Shown here in pieces: positions 9,781 through 19,252 of a stretch of DNA of 64,000 nt. Location of the stretch: positions 83,947 through 147,946 of the forward strand of contig JAUSGQ010000007.1 in assembly GCA_030674455.1 (NCBI GenBank), in the 5' to 3' direction. Below the pieces are notes generated by a model. The model worked only from the letters and a program-made list of their open reading frames with translations, did not search any database and was not told the DNA's origin. Every line of letters starts with the position of its first letter. Positions within the stretch are counted from its first letter, which is position 1. This DNA is from a bacterium. GTDB taxonomy: Bacteria > Patescibacteriota > Minisyncoccia > Phycocordibacterales > UBA2100. The translations under genes were made by a program, and so were the position numbers.

Positions 9781-11106
9781 ATGAGATTTAAGGAGGCCAA
9801 AGGAGCCATAAAGAGATCTAGGTCTATAGAGGATATTAGGCAGGCACGCGAAACAATCAAGGGTCTTGACGATGAACATTATCATCTTCCTTTTGAATTC
9901 CCGGTTGCGAGCGAGTTATTAGACGCCTATCTTGCGCGAAAATCATTGCCGTATAATAAACAGCCAAATGCAAGGATTTATCTTTCTGCGGACGGAAAGG
10001 TTAATTACGACGCGTACACGCTTGGAGAAGTACATGACCCAACTTACGTTTTCGGCATTGCCGATGAGAGCAGGCACGCAGAAGTCAATGGGTTACAGAC
10101 ACCTCAATTTAGCGACGTCGTGGCAAGTGCCCCGATTGAGCAACCATCAATTACAAACATAATTCATGTCAAGAATACCGGATTAGTGGTTTTTAAGGCA
10201 TTTCTTAAAAAGTCGCTTAGCACAATGGCAAGAAGCAAGATTCCCCGGGCCAATGCCTTGTATGACGAGAAAAGGGCCGTCAGCGAGAGTGCACAGCTTG
10301 CACTGTTGGGAGATATTTTTAAGAATAGCGCCGATGTTTATGTTCCGCGAGTACTCGGCCACAGTCGTTCCGTAATCGCGATGGAGTATATCCAGGGAGA
10401 GGACATCTCAGAATTGACTTTCAAAAGATTCCTAAATAAACACGATTTTCTTGCAATTGCTGATGTACTTGCAACGATACACATTGAATTTGCTAGAAAT
10501 GCCGAGAAAATCAAGGGTAAATTCAATATTCCTGAAAGTCACACCGCGAATAGCGTCGTAAGTTTCGAAAAGAGAACGAGTCAGTTTCATCACGAGCATC
10601 GGGATAACGGCTTGAAACAAGAGTTATTTGATAGATTTACATCGTTAATTGAACGCGGGCGTCAAGTCATTGCTGATAATCACGAGGCATACCATGATTA
10701 TCGGGATTTGATTTACGGTGACTTTAAGGATGAAAATCTGATTAAAATGCCAGATGGCAGAATAGCACTGATTGACCCGACTATTTGTGCTGGCAGAAAT
10801 AGTATGGACATAGCAAAATTTGCGCGAAGTATTCTTTTCAAGGACCCAACGACTTACACTAAACACTTCCATGATTTCTTGAGAAGGTATCAGGAGCAGA
10901 CCGATACTGTCGTTAATGAGAGAGAGGTCGCAAATATGCTGGGTATTGACATGCTCAACATCATGCGAAGCTATTTTCTGATACCCGAAAAGCAGGTACT
11001 GGTATTTCCACCTACGGTTCGTAATGTCCGACAACATGCAAAATATTACCTTGATTTTATTGACAATGTGTTTGCAAGCAATCTACAGCTCGAGCTTGCG
11101 CATTAA
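9781..11106 (+). CDS. APH/choline-kinase-like phosphotransferase
   Basis: VFK lysine, VPRVL...IAMEYIQG hinge, YGDFKDENL catalytic loop and ALIDP. Confidence 0.8.
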   Translation: MRFKEAKGAIKRSRSIEDIRQARETIKGLDDEHYHLPFEFPVASELLDAYLARKSLPYNKQPNARIYLSADGKVNYDAYTLGEVHDPTYVFGIADESRHAEVNGLQTPQFSDVVASAPIEQPSITNIIHVKNTGLVVFKAFLKKSLSTMARSKIPRANALYDEKRAVSESAQLALLGDIFKNSADVYVPRVLGHSRSVIAMEYIQGEDISELTFKRFLNKHDFLAIADVLATIHIEFARNAEKIKGKFNIPESHTANSVVSFEKRTSQFHHEHRDNGLKQELFDRFTSLIERGRQVIADNHEAYHDYRDLIYGDFKDENLIKMPDGRIALIDPTICAGRNSMDIAKFARSILFKDPTTYTKHFHDFLRRYQEQTDTVVNEREVANMLGIDMLNIMRSYFLIPEKQVLVFPPTVRNVRQHAKYYLDFIDNVFASNLQLELAH

Positions 11107-11114
11107 TCATACAT

Positions 11115-12545
11115 ATGAAATTGGGGACGTATAAGCTTTCCAATAAAGACTTCTTGCGAAGCTATGGCCCTGAGGATATAGAGAATCTCGATACGTCAAG
11201 CAGATACGATTGTGATGTGCTAGTTTGGAATAACAGATATGATTTTTGCTCGGAAATGCTAGTGAGTTTCCCACGTCTAAAATTATTCATAAATTGGGGA
11301 ACTGATGACGCTAACTTGCCTGATTTAGACATGTTGGCGAAGAGGGTTATGGTCAAGAAAGTTGATTTTTACGCACAACAAAGCCTGTGTGAATATGTTC
11401 TTATGTTGATGGTTGCGTTTGAGCACGCTCAAGAGAAAATCTTTCATGATGATGCAGACAATTTCACTATGCAGATTTATGGCAAAAAGATAGGAATTAT
11501 CGGCTTAGGCAAGATCGGTTTTAACGTGGCAAGCTTTCTTCACAAATCCTTCAATTGCATTATCTATTACAACACTACTAAAGATTACCGTATCCCAGAT
11601 TACCAATACGCGTCTAAGGATGACTTGATAAGAGTCTGCGATTACGTAATTATTGTGGCGAAGTCAAGAACGTGTTCTGTTGACCCAAAAGTCATGGAAC
11701 ACGCAAACCCAGATCTTGTTATTCTTAACATCTCGCGGGACAGCATATTGCCCTTCAAGATAATATGTCCATATCTGCAGAGTGGAAAAATTAGAGGGTT
11801 CATAGGCGATGTTACAAAACTAAACCCAGGCGATGGAGTTGCCAAGAATATCCTTATCTCTCCTCGAATTGGCTATCAAACAAAAGAGGCCGTAGAGTTA
11901 AAGCAAAACATCTTATTGTTCTATTTGAAACAATATATGTTTTGTGAGGCCAATAAGAAATCGTATGTTCATATTGCCCGGCATGGTAAGACAGAATGGA
12001 ACTCTTTAAGAATCTACCAAGGCACATATGATTCGCCGCTAACGCACAATGGCAAAGAGGATGCTGAGAAAATTGCTGAATCTCTTGCAGATAAAAAAAT
12101 CGTTCACGTCTTTACAAGTCCTCTCGGTAGGGCTAAAAGAACCGCGGAAATAATTGTCGATAAACTTAATGTACCAATATCAACAATCCCTTCTTTTATT
12201 GAGATGAATTTTGGCATCTTTCAACAAAAACCTCAAGAGCAAATCAAGGAATTGTTTGATGATTTCTTCACAAATCGAAATAATAATGCGCACTACAAGT
12301 TGTTTGTGCCATATCCATCTGGTGAAAGTTATTTTGACGTATATCAACGAATTCTATTTGACATTATGAGGATATTGGTTACGTATGATAATTTTGCAAT
12401 CGTCGGGCACGAAAGTGTTAACAGGATGATAAGGGGAATAATAACCGGCAAGAATCTAACAGAAATGGTTAACGCTAGACAAAAGAATAATGAACTCATT
12501 GCAATAGAATTATCGGAAAATATTGAAAGTGTGATTGTCGTTTGA
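11115..12545 (+). CDS. Fusion of a D-2-hydroxyacid dehydrogenase-like NAD-binding domain and a histidine phosphatase
   Basis: KIGIIGLGKIG Rossmann motif, NISR and SPRIG; C-terminal RHGKTEWN, TSPLGRA and VGH. Confidence 0.85.
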   Translation: MKLGTYKLSNKDFLRSYGPEDIENLDTSSRYDCDVLVWNNRYDFCSEMLVSFPRLKLFINWGTDDANLPDLDMLAKRVMVKKVDFYAQQSLCEYVLMLMVAFEHAQEKIFHDDADNFTMQIYGKKIGIIGLGKIGFNVASFLHKSFNCIIYYNTTKDYRIPDYQYASKDDLIRVCDYVIIVAKSRTCSVDPKVMEHANPDLVILNISRDSILPFKIICPYLQSGKIRGFIGDVTKLNPGDGVAKNILISPRIGYQTKEAVELKQNILLFYLKQYMFCEANKKSYVHIARHGKTEWNSLRIYQGTYDSPLTHNGKEDAEKIAESLADKKIVHVFTSPLGRAKRTAEIIVDKLNVPISTIPSFIEMNFGIFQQKPQEQIKELFDDFFTNRNNNAHYKLFVPYPSGESYFDVYQRILFDIMRILVTYDNFAIVGHESVNRMIRGIITGKNLTEMVNARQKNNELIAIELSENIESVIVV

Positions 12546-12576
12546 ACATCTGTTGCTATACCAATGTGCGCGATAA

Positions 12577-13191
12577 ATGATTTCGTCCATGGCATCAATA
12601 ATAACTGAACGAGGAAGAGCAATTCACGGCTGGTTTTTACGCCACAAGGAGCGGATTGGGATTATCGCTATAGGACATACGGCAAAACAGATTGAGGAGT
12701 TTTTCTTAGACTGGCTTTTATACGGATTTGTCGTGTTCAAGAGCGCCGAAATTTGGGGTCCTTATTACGGCGCCTTGGTTGCTTTCGCTGTGATGTCGCC
12801 ATTCTCGGCTTTGCTTTGCTATCTCTACATTCGTTTTTACGACTGGGCAAAAAAAGATTGGCTCGGCTTGGAAACTATCGAGGAGTTTAGGCAATCCGAA
12901 GCAACAGCTGGCCCAATAATGCGATGGGTAATTAAGTTCACTAAACTTGGCGACTTTCCGATGTTCGTTGTGTTATCAATATATGGAGACCCGTTTGTAG
13001 TTACTTTGTATTTCCGGCGCGGAGCGCACTTGTACAACGGCCTTTCAAAACGGGACTGGTCTATTTTTTGGGCAAGCGTAGTGTTCTCCAACGCGTACTG
13101 GACGCTCCAGTGGGGAATTATTGTCGCGCTTTTGCATCCGCTTTGGCAGTATGTATTGCAACCGATTCTCCATTTTGTGGGATTTTTCTAA
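12577..13191 (+). CDS. Membrane protein of unknown function
   Basis: 204 aa with several hydrophobic segments. Confidence 0.75.
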   Translation: MISSMASIITERGRAIHGWFLRHKERIGIIAIGHTAKQIEEFFLDWLLYGFVVFKSAEIWGPYYGALVAFAVMSPFSALLCYLYIRFYDWAKKDWLGLETIEEFRQSEATAGPIMRWVIKFTKLGDFPMFVVLSIYGDPFVVTLYFRRGAHLYNGLSKRDWSIFWASVVFSNAYWTLQWGIIVALLHPLWQYVLQPILHFVGFF

Positions 13192-13244
13192 TTCGCGTAA
13201 GTAAGGTTGACAACGTGGTGGAAAACGTCGTATCTCAACTGACG

Positions 13245-13292
13245 AGAAGATTGACTTAAAATATCCGGTCGGATATTTTAAGTCAATCTTCT
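13245..13292. repeat. 48-bp palindrome (23-bp perfect arms, 2-nt centre)
   Basis: AGAAGATTGACTTAAAATATCCG-GT-CGGATATTTTAAGTCAATCTTCT. Confidence 0.95.
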
Positions 13293-13334
13293 AAATTCCA
13301 CTTGAGTTCCCATGCTGGTGCTACAATGGCGCGA

Positions 13335-13727
13335 ATGGGGAAGGAGTTTGACAACTGGAACGAGCGGAAGAAAAAGCTACATAACAGTGAGCGACAGTTA
13401 TTATTTCACGAGCGCGAAATCTGGTGGTGTTCGCTCGGCATCAATATCGGGTTTGAACAAGACGGGACGAATGAACTCTTCGAGCGGCCGGTGTTAATCG
13501 TGAAGAAATTCAATCGGGATGTACTGTGGGCGTTGCCACTCACGCGCTCCGATAAGAAAAACCGATATTATATTCCTATCAGTGTTGGCGGCGCGAATTC
13601 TGCTGTCATACTCTCTCAATTGCGGCTCATCAGTAGCAAGCGTCTCCAAAGGCATATGCACAAGTTGCCACAGGGGCAGTTCAAAGAGATATTGCGTCTC
13701 GTGCAACAGTTTTTCCCGAGCAGGTAA
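13335..13727 (+). CDS. PemK/MazF-family endoribonuclease toxin, no adjacent antitoxin gene
   Basis: EIWWCSLGINIGFEQDG, RPVLIVK, LPLT and SQLRLISSKRL motifs; start placed at MGKEF. Confidence 0.88.
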   Translation: MGKEFDNWNERKKKLHNSERQLLFHEREIWWCSLGINIGFEQDGTNELFERPVLIVKKFNRDVLWALPLTRSDKKNRYYIPISVGGANSAVILSQLRLISSKRLQRHMHKLPQGQFKEILRLVQQFFPSR

Positions 13728-13730
13728 AAT

Positions 13731-13774
13731 CGAAACCCGCCTTGCGGCGGGCTTCTCGGTTGGCCTAGTGGCCA
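13731..13774 (+). other. Two tandem hairpins directly after the toxin stop
   Basis: CGAAACCCGCC-TTGC-GGCGGGCTTCTCG then TGGCC-TAGT-GGCCA. Confidence 0.6.
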
Positions 13775-13811
13775 TTTGTGCTTGCATAATAACAAACCGA
13801 GGAATCCAGTC

Positions 13812-13846
13812 AAGGTTGACAACTGGGTAGAAAACGTCGTATTATA
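13812..13846 (+). promoter_or_regulatory. Sigma70-like promoter, partly duplicated at 13203-13233
   Basis: TTGACA-N18-TATTAT; 28 of 31 bases identical to the copy on the other side of the toxin gene. Confidence 0.6.
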
Positions 13847-13941
13847 CGGCTACTTCAGCTTCAAATAGTCGTTGGAGGATGCTCTTTTTGTTAGTGAGTG
13901 TTCTTTGACAGGTATCTCAATCGCAATTTTCAGGAGAACTC

Positions 13942-14928
13942 ATGATTTCCCTCAAAGGATTTACCCGTGGCTTCATCGCCACGGTTCTGCTCGCGCTGGC
14001 CGGAGTGAGCGTTGCACAAGCCGGAATCTTTCGGGCACTTTTCAGCGGCTCCCAGGATTCCTTTACCCTGTCGGCCGTACTGCCTGCGTACTGCGGTGGC
14101 AAACGTGTGTATGTCGTCGGTATCACCCGGTCAGGGGAAGCCGCTACGTACGTTGCGTTCACTTCGGTGAACGCACCGGTCGTGTTCGATTTGAACGCGG
14201 CCATTCAGGGACTTGCGGAAATCCCTGAATACACGGCAGCTCGCGCGAGCGACGGGAGTATACCCATCCTCGCGTCTTTCAACGTCACCCCCTACCCCGG
14301 AGGGGAAATCTGGGTCGGCTGCGGAACGTCCACGGTAGACGTTCTCGCAAACTCGAGGTACGGCCGGATTTTGGTTGTGAGCATCTCCTGGTGGCCATCG
14401 CAAAGGTCACCAAACGTTGGGGACACTAGCCAGGGCCCGCAACAAATTCCCAACGATGCGGTGTATGTTGGCGACTGGGGTTGGCAAAGGGCAGTCATAA
14501 ACGGCCTCGTGCCATTCCTAGCCTCAGGAGTGGAACTGACCGGTTATACCACCCGTGCAATTCGATTCGCCTTCTACATTTCCGCCAGCAACACCTCGTG
14601 TATGAAAATGATATATGAGGATGACGGAAGCGCGGTTGGTTTCCCCAATACCAGTGGTGGGGAATGCTTCACCAACAGAATTTCCTGGGCAACAGGTACT
14701 GACGATGGTTATATTGCCTTTTCTCCGGATTTCCAGGGTGGTGTGTGCGCTCATTACACCTGGAACGAGAGCCGATTGACACTCGTCGGACAGAGAATTG
14801 TATGTCCACCTGACTTTCTCCAGATGCACTCTCCAGATACCCTGCCGGCCAGCAGGGTATGTTTTTTATTCACACAAATTGTTGCGCACAATTTGCGTTG
14901 CAAAAGAGATGATATACTTTTTATGTAA
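13942..14928 (+). CDS. Secreted hypothetical protein (C-terminus possibly extended by read-through)
   Basis: AGGAG RBS; signal peptide ending AQA; the ORF runs through a terminator-like hairpin at 14837-14860. Confidence 0.65.
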   Translation: MISLKGFTRGFIATVLLALAGVSVAQAGIFRALFSGSQDSFTLSAVLPAYCGGKRVYVVGITRSGEAATYVAFTSVNAPVVFDLNAAIQGLAEIPEYTAARASDGSIPILASFNVTPYPGGEIWVGCGTSTVDVLANSRYGRILVVSISWWPSQRSPNVGDTSQGPQQIPNDAVYVGDWGWQRAVINGLVPFLASGVELTGYTTRAIRFAFYISASNTSCMKMIYEDDGSAVGFPNTSGGECFTNRISWATGTDDGYIAFSPDFQGGVCAHYTWNESRLTLVGQRIVCPPDFLQMHSPDTLPASRVCFLFTQIVAHNLRCKRDDILFM

Positions 14929-15392
14929 TGAAACTTTCCAAATCTCTGGCCATAGTGTCCGTGGTTGTTCTTGTAAGTCCGGTCGGATTTGTCCATGCCA
15001 AGGTTTACTGCCCGGGTGAGACGGCAATTCTAAATTACAGCATCTCTAATGTAGTAACAGGCGGAAGCTGTGATAGCCAAATTACCCCTCCATTCCTTTC
15101 TCCTTATCCATCACTTCCTAGTGGAGGAATAACAGTCAGTCAGGGAACTGCGCAGGGTTCGGTTTCGTACACTGTTTCGGAAGGCGGAACGTTTTCATTC
15201 AGTTGCACGAACCCGGGCGCAAGCCCAACAACTGGCAGTACTGTACTTGAAGTCAATGCAAACCAAGAGAGATGTTGCGGTAATTGGGACCTATCGAGTA
15301 AATCATCGTGGAATGGAACCACTTGCGTGGACCCTTTTTCTGTCGTGCCGCAAGCTCCGGCTTGGATTGGCGGTTCTTGCAGGAGAATTTGA
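14928..15392 (+). CDS. Small Cys-rich secreted protein
   Basis: Signal peptide ending VHA; Ser/Thr/Gly/Cys-rich, beta-sandwich-like. Confidence 0.65.
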   Translation: MKLSKSLAIVSVVVLVSPVGFVHAKVYCPGETAILNYSISNVVTGGSCDSQITPPFLSPYPSLPSGGITVSQGTAQGSVSYTVSEGGTFSFSCTNPGASPTTGSTVLEVNANQERCCGNWDLSSKSSWNGTTCVDPFSVVPQAPAWIGGSCRRI

Positions 15393-15484
15393 ACGGCTGT
15401 TTTCAATAAATAACAGGAAAAACATACGCACAGTAAGCGCCGATAACGCAGTGCTGGCTCTGTAGTTTGCGGTATAATGGCCAT

Positions 15485-15817
15485 ATGCGATTGCGCGCTT
15501 TCTTGATTTTCTTGATTGTAGTCGGGGCCGTGGTTTCTTCGGGACTAGCATGGAAGCGGTTTTATGTTGATAGGAATTACTACATCTACGCGCAAGTGCC
15601 GTGCGACCCTCTTGTAAATTCCTGCTTTATCGGTGAGGGAACGGGCGCGTCTCAGTATTACAAAAAAATACAAAAACTTGCTTACTTGGTTCCGGCCTGC
15701 AATGGATGGAACGAGGCGTGTCCGCCATTGAAATGCGAGCCGAATGAACCGCAATGCAAAGAGACTTATTGCACTCCAGAGGAAGACACGCCTTGTACAT
15801 CTGGCATATTCCAATAA
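15485..15817 (+). CDS. Membrane-anchored Cys-rich protein
   Basis: N-terminal TM helix; CDPLVNSCF and several further Cys; TATAAT 6 nt before ATG. Confidence 0.7.
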   Translation: MRLRAFLIFLIVVGAVVSSGLAWKRFYVDRNYYIYAQVPCDPLVNSCFIGEGTGASQYYKKIQKLAYLVPACNGWNEACPPLKCEPNEPQCKETYCTPEEDTPCTSGIFQ

Positions 15818-15827
15818 TAAAGATTAT

Positions 15828-16613
15828 ATGTCGCCTCACAGAGTTGATGAAGCCGGAAAGATATATACGCCGCTTCAAATTGCCTTAAGCGAGATAGAGG
15901 AGCGCAGGCGAAATCCGGTTCTTGCGGAGAAAATAAAGAAGTTCTTCGGGGATTTTCCTCCTCCGAAAGAATTCGGCGATATGCCGCGCGTGGTTCTGGT
16001 TCGTTACATTATGAGTCCCACATTTGAATACTCTTATTTCCTTGACATGTGTAAAGGACTTCGTTTCAAGCCCTTATTTCTGGAGTTCGCGAGCGATAAA
16101 TTTGTCGCTAAAAATCCGTCGAAATATTCCTTATGTAATATGTCTTTTTTCACCCAAAATATTTCTGGAGAGAAGAAAGTGAAATCCAGAATGAAGCTCG
16201 TTAATTTCAATAAGGATGAGGGGAAGCTACTTTGTGATATTGTCGCGAAAAATGGTGAGAAATTGGTTGACTTGCACCATCGAATATTAAAAGAGTCTGG
16301 AGGCCATGTTCCAGGAAGTCTTGTTGATTTCTCGGAATGGTTCCGCAAAAGCACGACACTATCCAAGGAATATTATTATCTTTATTACTTGGCATTGTTC
16401 CTTGTCAACGGAATTTTGTTCGAGAATTTCCTTCTGAATAAAACGGAGTCTGCTTTTACAAAAGGTAAAGTTATACCGGCCTTTGACAAACTCGTTGAAA
16501 TGTTCGGGGTTCGGCCGCTCATTGTTCACTTGGCACCGCGCGAGACCGACGAGGACCCGTTTTGGGAATATTATGATAAGCGCATCAAGCCAATGGTAGA
16601 GAAAAGCAAATAA
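15828..16613 (+). CDS. Hypothetical cytoplasmic protein directly upstream of a histidine kinase
   Basis: Long ORF with globular, enzyme-like composition (DKFVAKNPSK, LVDLHH, GILFENF); 2-nt gap to the kinase. Confidence 0.75.
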   Translation: MSPHRVDEAGKIYTPLQIALSEIEERRRNPVLAEKIKKFFGDFPPPKEFGDMPRVVLVRYIMSPTFEYSYFLDMCKGLRFKPLFLEFASDKFVAKNPSKYSLCNMSFFTQNISGEKKVKSRMKLVNFNKDEGKLLCDIVAKNGEKLVDLHHRILKESGGHVPGSLVDFSEWFRKSTTLSKEYYYLYYLALFLVNGILFENFLLNKTESAFTKGKVIPAFDKLVEMFGVRPLIVHLAPRETDEDPFWEYYDKRIKPMVEKSK

Positions 16614-16615
16614 AT

Positions 16616-18265
16616 ATGGATTACAATCTTCTAGAGAACCTTCAATTTTGCGGACAAATAGTAGCGGACAGCTCCGCGCTGTTGTATTACACCCACATAC
16701 CGTCCGCTGTTATAGCCATTTTTATTGGAGCGTACGTACTTTATAAAACAAGGGCATTGTCTGGGGTTCTTCTGTTTGGAATATCTCTTGTTTTTTCTTT
16801 GTGGGTTACGTTGAATCTCTTTATATGGCTGGAATTTGACAACAACGCAGTGATGATAACGCTGTGGTCGGTACTTGGGCTTCTATCGGTCTTGCTATGT
16901 TTTCTTACACACTGGTTTACGCACGAGTTTATGGCTGAAAAGCCGCTTCCGCTTTGGGTACTTGCCATGTGGGCAATTCTTATAGCTCCAGTGGCAATTT
17001 TTACACCGACATCTTTTAATCTTTCCGGAGTTGATATACAACAATGTGTTTCTGTAGAAGGACACAATTTCCTGAATTATTATTATCTGGTGGGAGTGTT
17101 GACAATGATTTTTGCGTCCATCTCGGCATTTTACGCAAGAAATATCTCACCAAGTAAAAAAATTGCACCGGCAAAGTGGTTAATCTTTGCAGGCGTTCAA
17201 TTATTTTTATTGTCTTTTCTTACAACAGGTTTCGTGGCGAGTTATCTAGTTGACTCGGGGCTTATTCCGGATTTCGGACTGGAACAATATGGCGTAGCGA
17301 CCATGGCTGTGTTCATGGGCTTTCTCGCGTATGCCACTGTTCGTTATCACGCATTCAATCTTAAGCTTCTCGCTGCGCAGGCGCTTGTTTTGTCTCTTGT
17401 GGCGCTTATCGCATCGGAGTTTCTGTTTGTCACCAGCGCAATAAATCAAATTCTTGTTGGACTAACCTTGGGACTTGCCGTAATTTTCGGTTTCTTTTTG
17501 GTGCGTAGCGTAAAAGCAGAGGTGCTACAGCGCGAGCTTATCCAAAAACAGGAGGAGGAATTGGAAGCGGTTAACAAACAGCAAGAGGGGCTTCTGCACT
17601 TCATCAGCCATGAAATTAAGGGGTACTTGTCCAAGAACGAGGCGGGTTTTGCCGCGATTGCCGAGGGCGATTACGGAACCGTCTCTGTATCTCTGAAAGA
17701 AATGGCCGCTTCCGCGCTCCAAGATACGCGCCGCGGCGTTGAAACTGTCATGGATATTTTGGACGCTTCCAATCTGAAGAAGGGAACTGTTGCCTATGAT
17801 AAAAAGAGTTTCGATTTTCCTAAAGCAATTCAAGAAGTTGTTAATTCCCTAAAACCGATGGCGCAGGAAAAAGGGATTTCATTGGAATATACCGACAGCA
17901 CCGGCGGTTCGGCGAAGATTAACGGGGACGAAAACAAGCTATGCCATCATGTAATCCGAAATTTGATAGATAATTCTATTCGCTACACGCCTTCAGGAAG
18001 CGTGAAAGTAAGCGTGGACAAAGGCGGTTCCGTACTTCGAATGACAGTAGCGGACACTGGTGTCGGTATCTCGCCGGAAGACATGAAGAAACTCTTTACC
18101 GAAGGCGGACGCGGTGCCGACTCGATAAAAGTAAATGTACATTCAACCGGCTACGGATTGTTCATCGCAAAAACGATAGTCGAAGCGCACGGCGGCAAAA
18201 TCAGGGCGGAGTCGGAAGGAAAGGGCAAGGGTTCGAGATTTATTGTTGAGTTGCCTGCGGTTTAG
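16616..18265 (+). CDS. Sensor histidine kinase with multi-TM (7TM-like) N-terminus
   Basis: H-box FISHEIK, N-box NLIDNSIRY, G1 DTGVGI and G2 TGYGLFI. Confidence 0.95.
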   Translation: MDYNLLENLQFCGQIVADSSALLYYTHIPSAVIAIFIGAYVLYKTRALSGVLLFGISLVFSLWVTLNLFIWLEFDNNAVMITLWSVLGLLSVLLCFLTHWFTHEFMAEKPLPLWVLAMWAILIAPVAIFTPTSFNLSGVDIQQCVSVEGHNFLNYYYLVGVLTMIFASISAFYARNISPSKKIAPAKWLIFAGVQLFLLSFLTTGFVASYLVDSGLIPDFGLEQYGVATMAVFMGFLAYATVRYHAFNLKLLAAQALVLSLVALIASEFLFVTSAINQILVGLTLGLAVIFGFFLVRSVKAEVLQRELIQKQEEELEAVNKQQEGLLHFISHEIKGYLSKNEAGFAAIAEGDYGTVSVSLKEMAASALQDTRRGVETVMDILDASNLKKGTVAYDKKSFDFPKAIQEVVNSLKPMAQEKGISLEYTDSTGGSAKINGDENKLCHHVIRNLIDNSIRYTPSGSVKVSVDKGGSVLRMTVADTGVGISPEDMKKLFTEGGRGADSIKVNVHSTGYGLFIAKTIVEAHGGKIRAESEGKGKGSRFIVELPAV

Positions 18266-18282
18266 GAAGACACGTTATTTTG

Positions 18283-18438
18283 ATGATGCGAAACAATTAT
18301 TTCAAGGTTGCCGCCGGCGCGGGATTTGTCTTGGCGATAATGCTGTTCGTCGCGGCCGGCGGCGCGGAGCGGTTGCGCGAAACGGTCAAGTGGGTATCAA
18401 AGGAAGCTCAATCAAATGTGAATAATGGGATAGGATAA
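18283..18438 (+). CDS. Possible 51-aa single-TM peptide (below ORF-track cutoff)
   Basis: MMRNNYFKVAAGAGFVLAIMLFVAAGGAER...; hydrophobic core. Confidence 0.35.
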   Translation: MMRNNYFKVAAGAGFVLAIMLFVAAGGAERLRETVKWVSKEAQSNVNNGIG

Positions 18439-19219
18439 TGGGGTCAGCCACCATTTATGATATCATGCGCGCATGCCAAGGATGCAATAATGGATAATGG
18501 GGTCAGCCACCATTTATGATATAATAACCGCATGCCAAGAATAGAACGAACTGACATTGGTGATTATGTGTATCACGTAATCAATAGAGCAAACGCTCGA
18601 GTACAGATATTTGACAGCGACAAAGATTACGAGCTTTTTGAGAATATCCTTGAGGAAGCGGTGGAGAAATTCGACATGAGACTCTTGGCTTATTGCATCA
18701 TGCCAAATCACTGGCACTTAGTTCTGTATCCAAGAAATGACGGAGACCTTTCTCTCTTTATGGGCTGGCTTACTAACACGCACACAAGAAGATGGCATAC
18801 CGGAAAGGGAACCATAGGACAAGGCCATCTTTATCAGGGCAGATACAAGTCATTCTTATGCCAAGATGATAGTCATTTTCTTTCCCTCGTGCGCTACGTG
18901 GAACGTAACGCGAAAAGAGCAAATCTAGTTAAAAAAGCGGAAAACTGGAAATGGTCTAGCGCATGGCGAAAAGAATATGGAACAACTAAACAAAAGAAGA
19001 TTCTCTCACCATGGCCGGTTCCTGCACCGAGAAACTATCTGCAATGGCTAAATCAAGCACAAACAGAAGATGAAGAAGAGGCAATAAGGAGGTCTGTTAC
19101 AAAGGGTAACCCATATGGTGGGAGTGGCTGGACAGATAACGTAGTAAAAAGATTCGGCCTTGAGCAAACACTAAGGAAAGTAGGCAGGCCGAACACAAAC
19201 AATGGTGGCTGACCCCATT
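18437..19219. mobile_element. RAYT locus 1 with REP-like AATGGGGTCAGCCACCATT (two copies upstream, one inverted downstream)
   Basis: Copies at 18437-18455 and 18496-18514; exact reverse complement at 19201-19219. Confidence 0.85.
18532..19212 (+). CDS. REP-associated tyrosine transposase (RAYT, Y1 HUH family)
   Basis: MPR start, YHVINRAN, YCIMPNHWHL HUH motif, QGRYKS, RYVERN and WKWSS. Confidence 0.93.
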   Translation: MPRIERTDIGDYVYHVINRANARVQIFDSDKDYELFENILEEAVEKFDMRLLAYCIMPNHWHLVLYPRNDGDLSLFMGWLTNTHTRRWHTGKGTIGQGHLYQGRYKSFLCQDDSHFLSLVRYVERNAKRANLVKKAENWKWSSAWRKEYGTTKQKKILSPWPVPAPRNYLQWLNQAQTEDEEEAIRRSVTKGNPYGGSGWTDNVVKRFGLEQTLRKVGRPNTNNGG

Positions 19220-19252
19220 TCTGCCATTTCCAGTGTAGTAAAATCAACCGAT

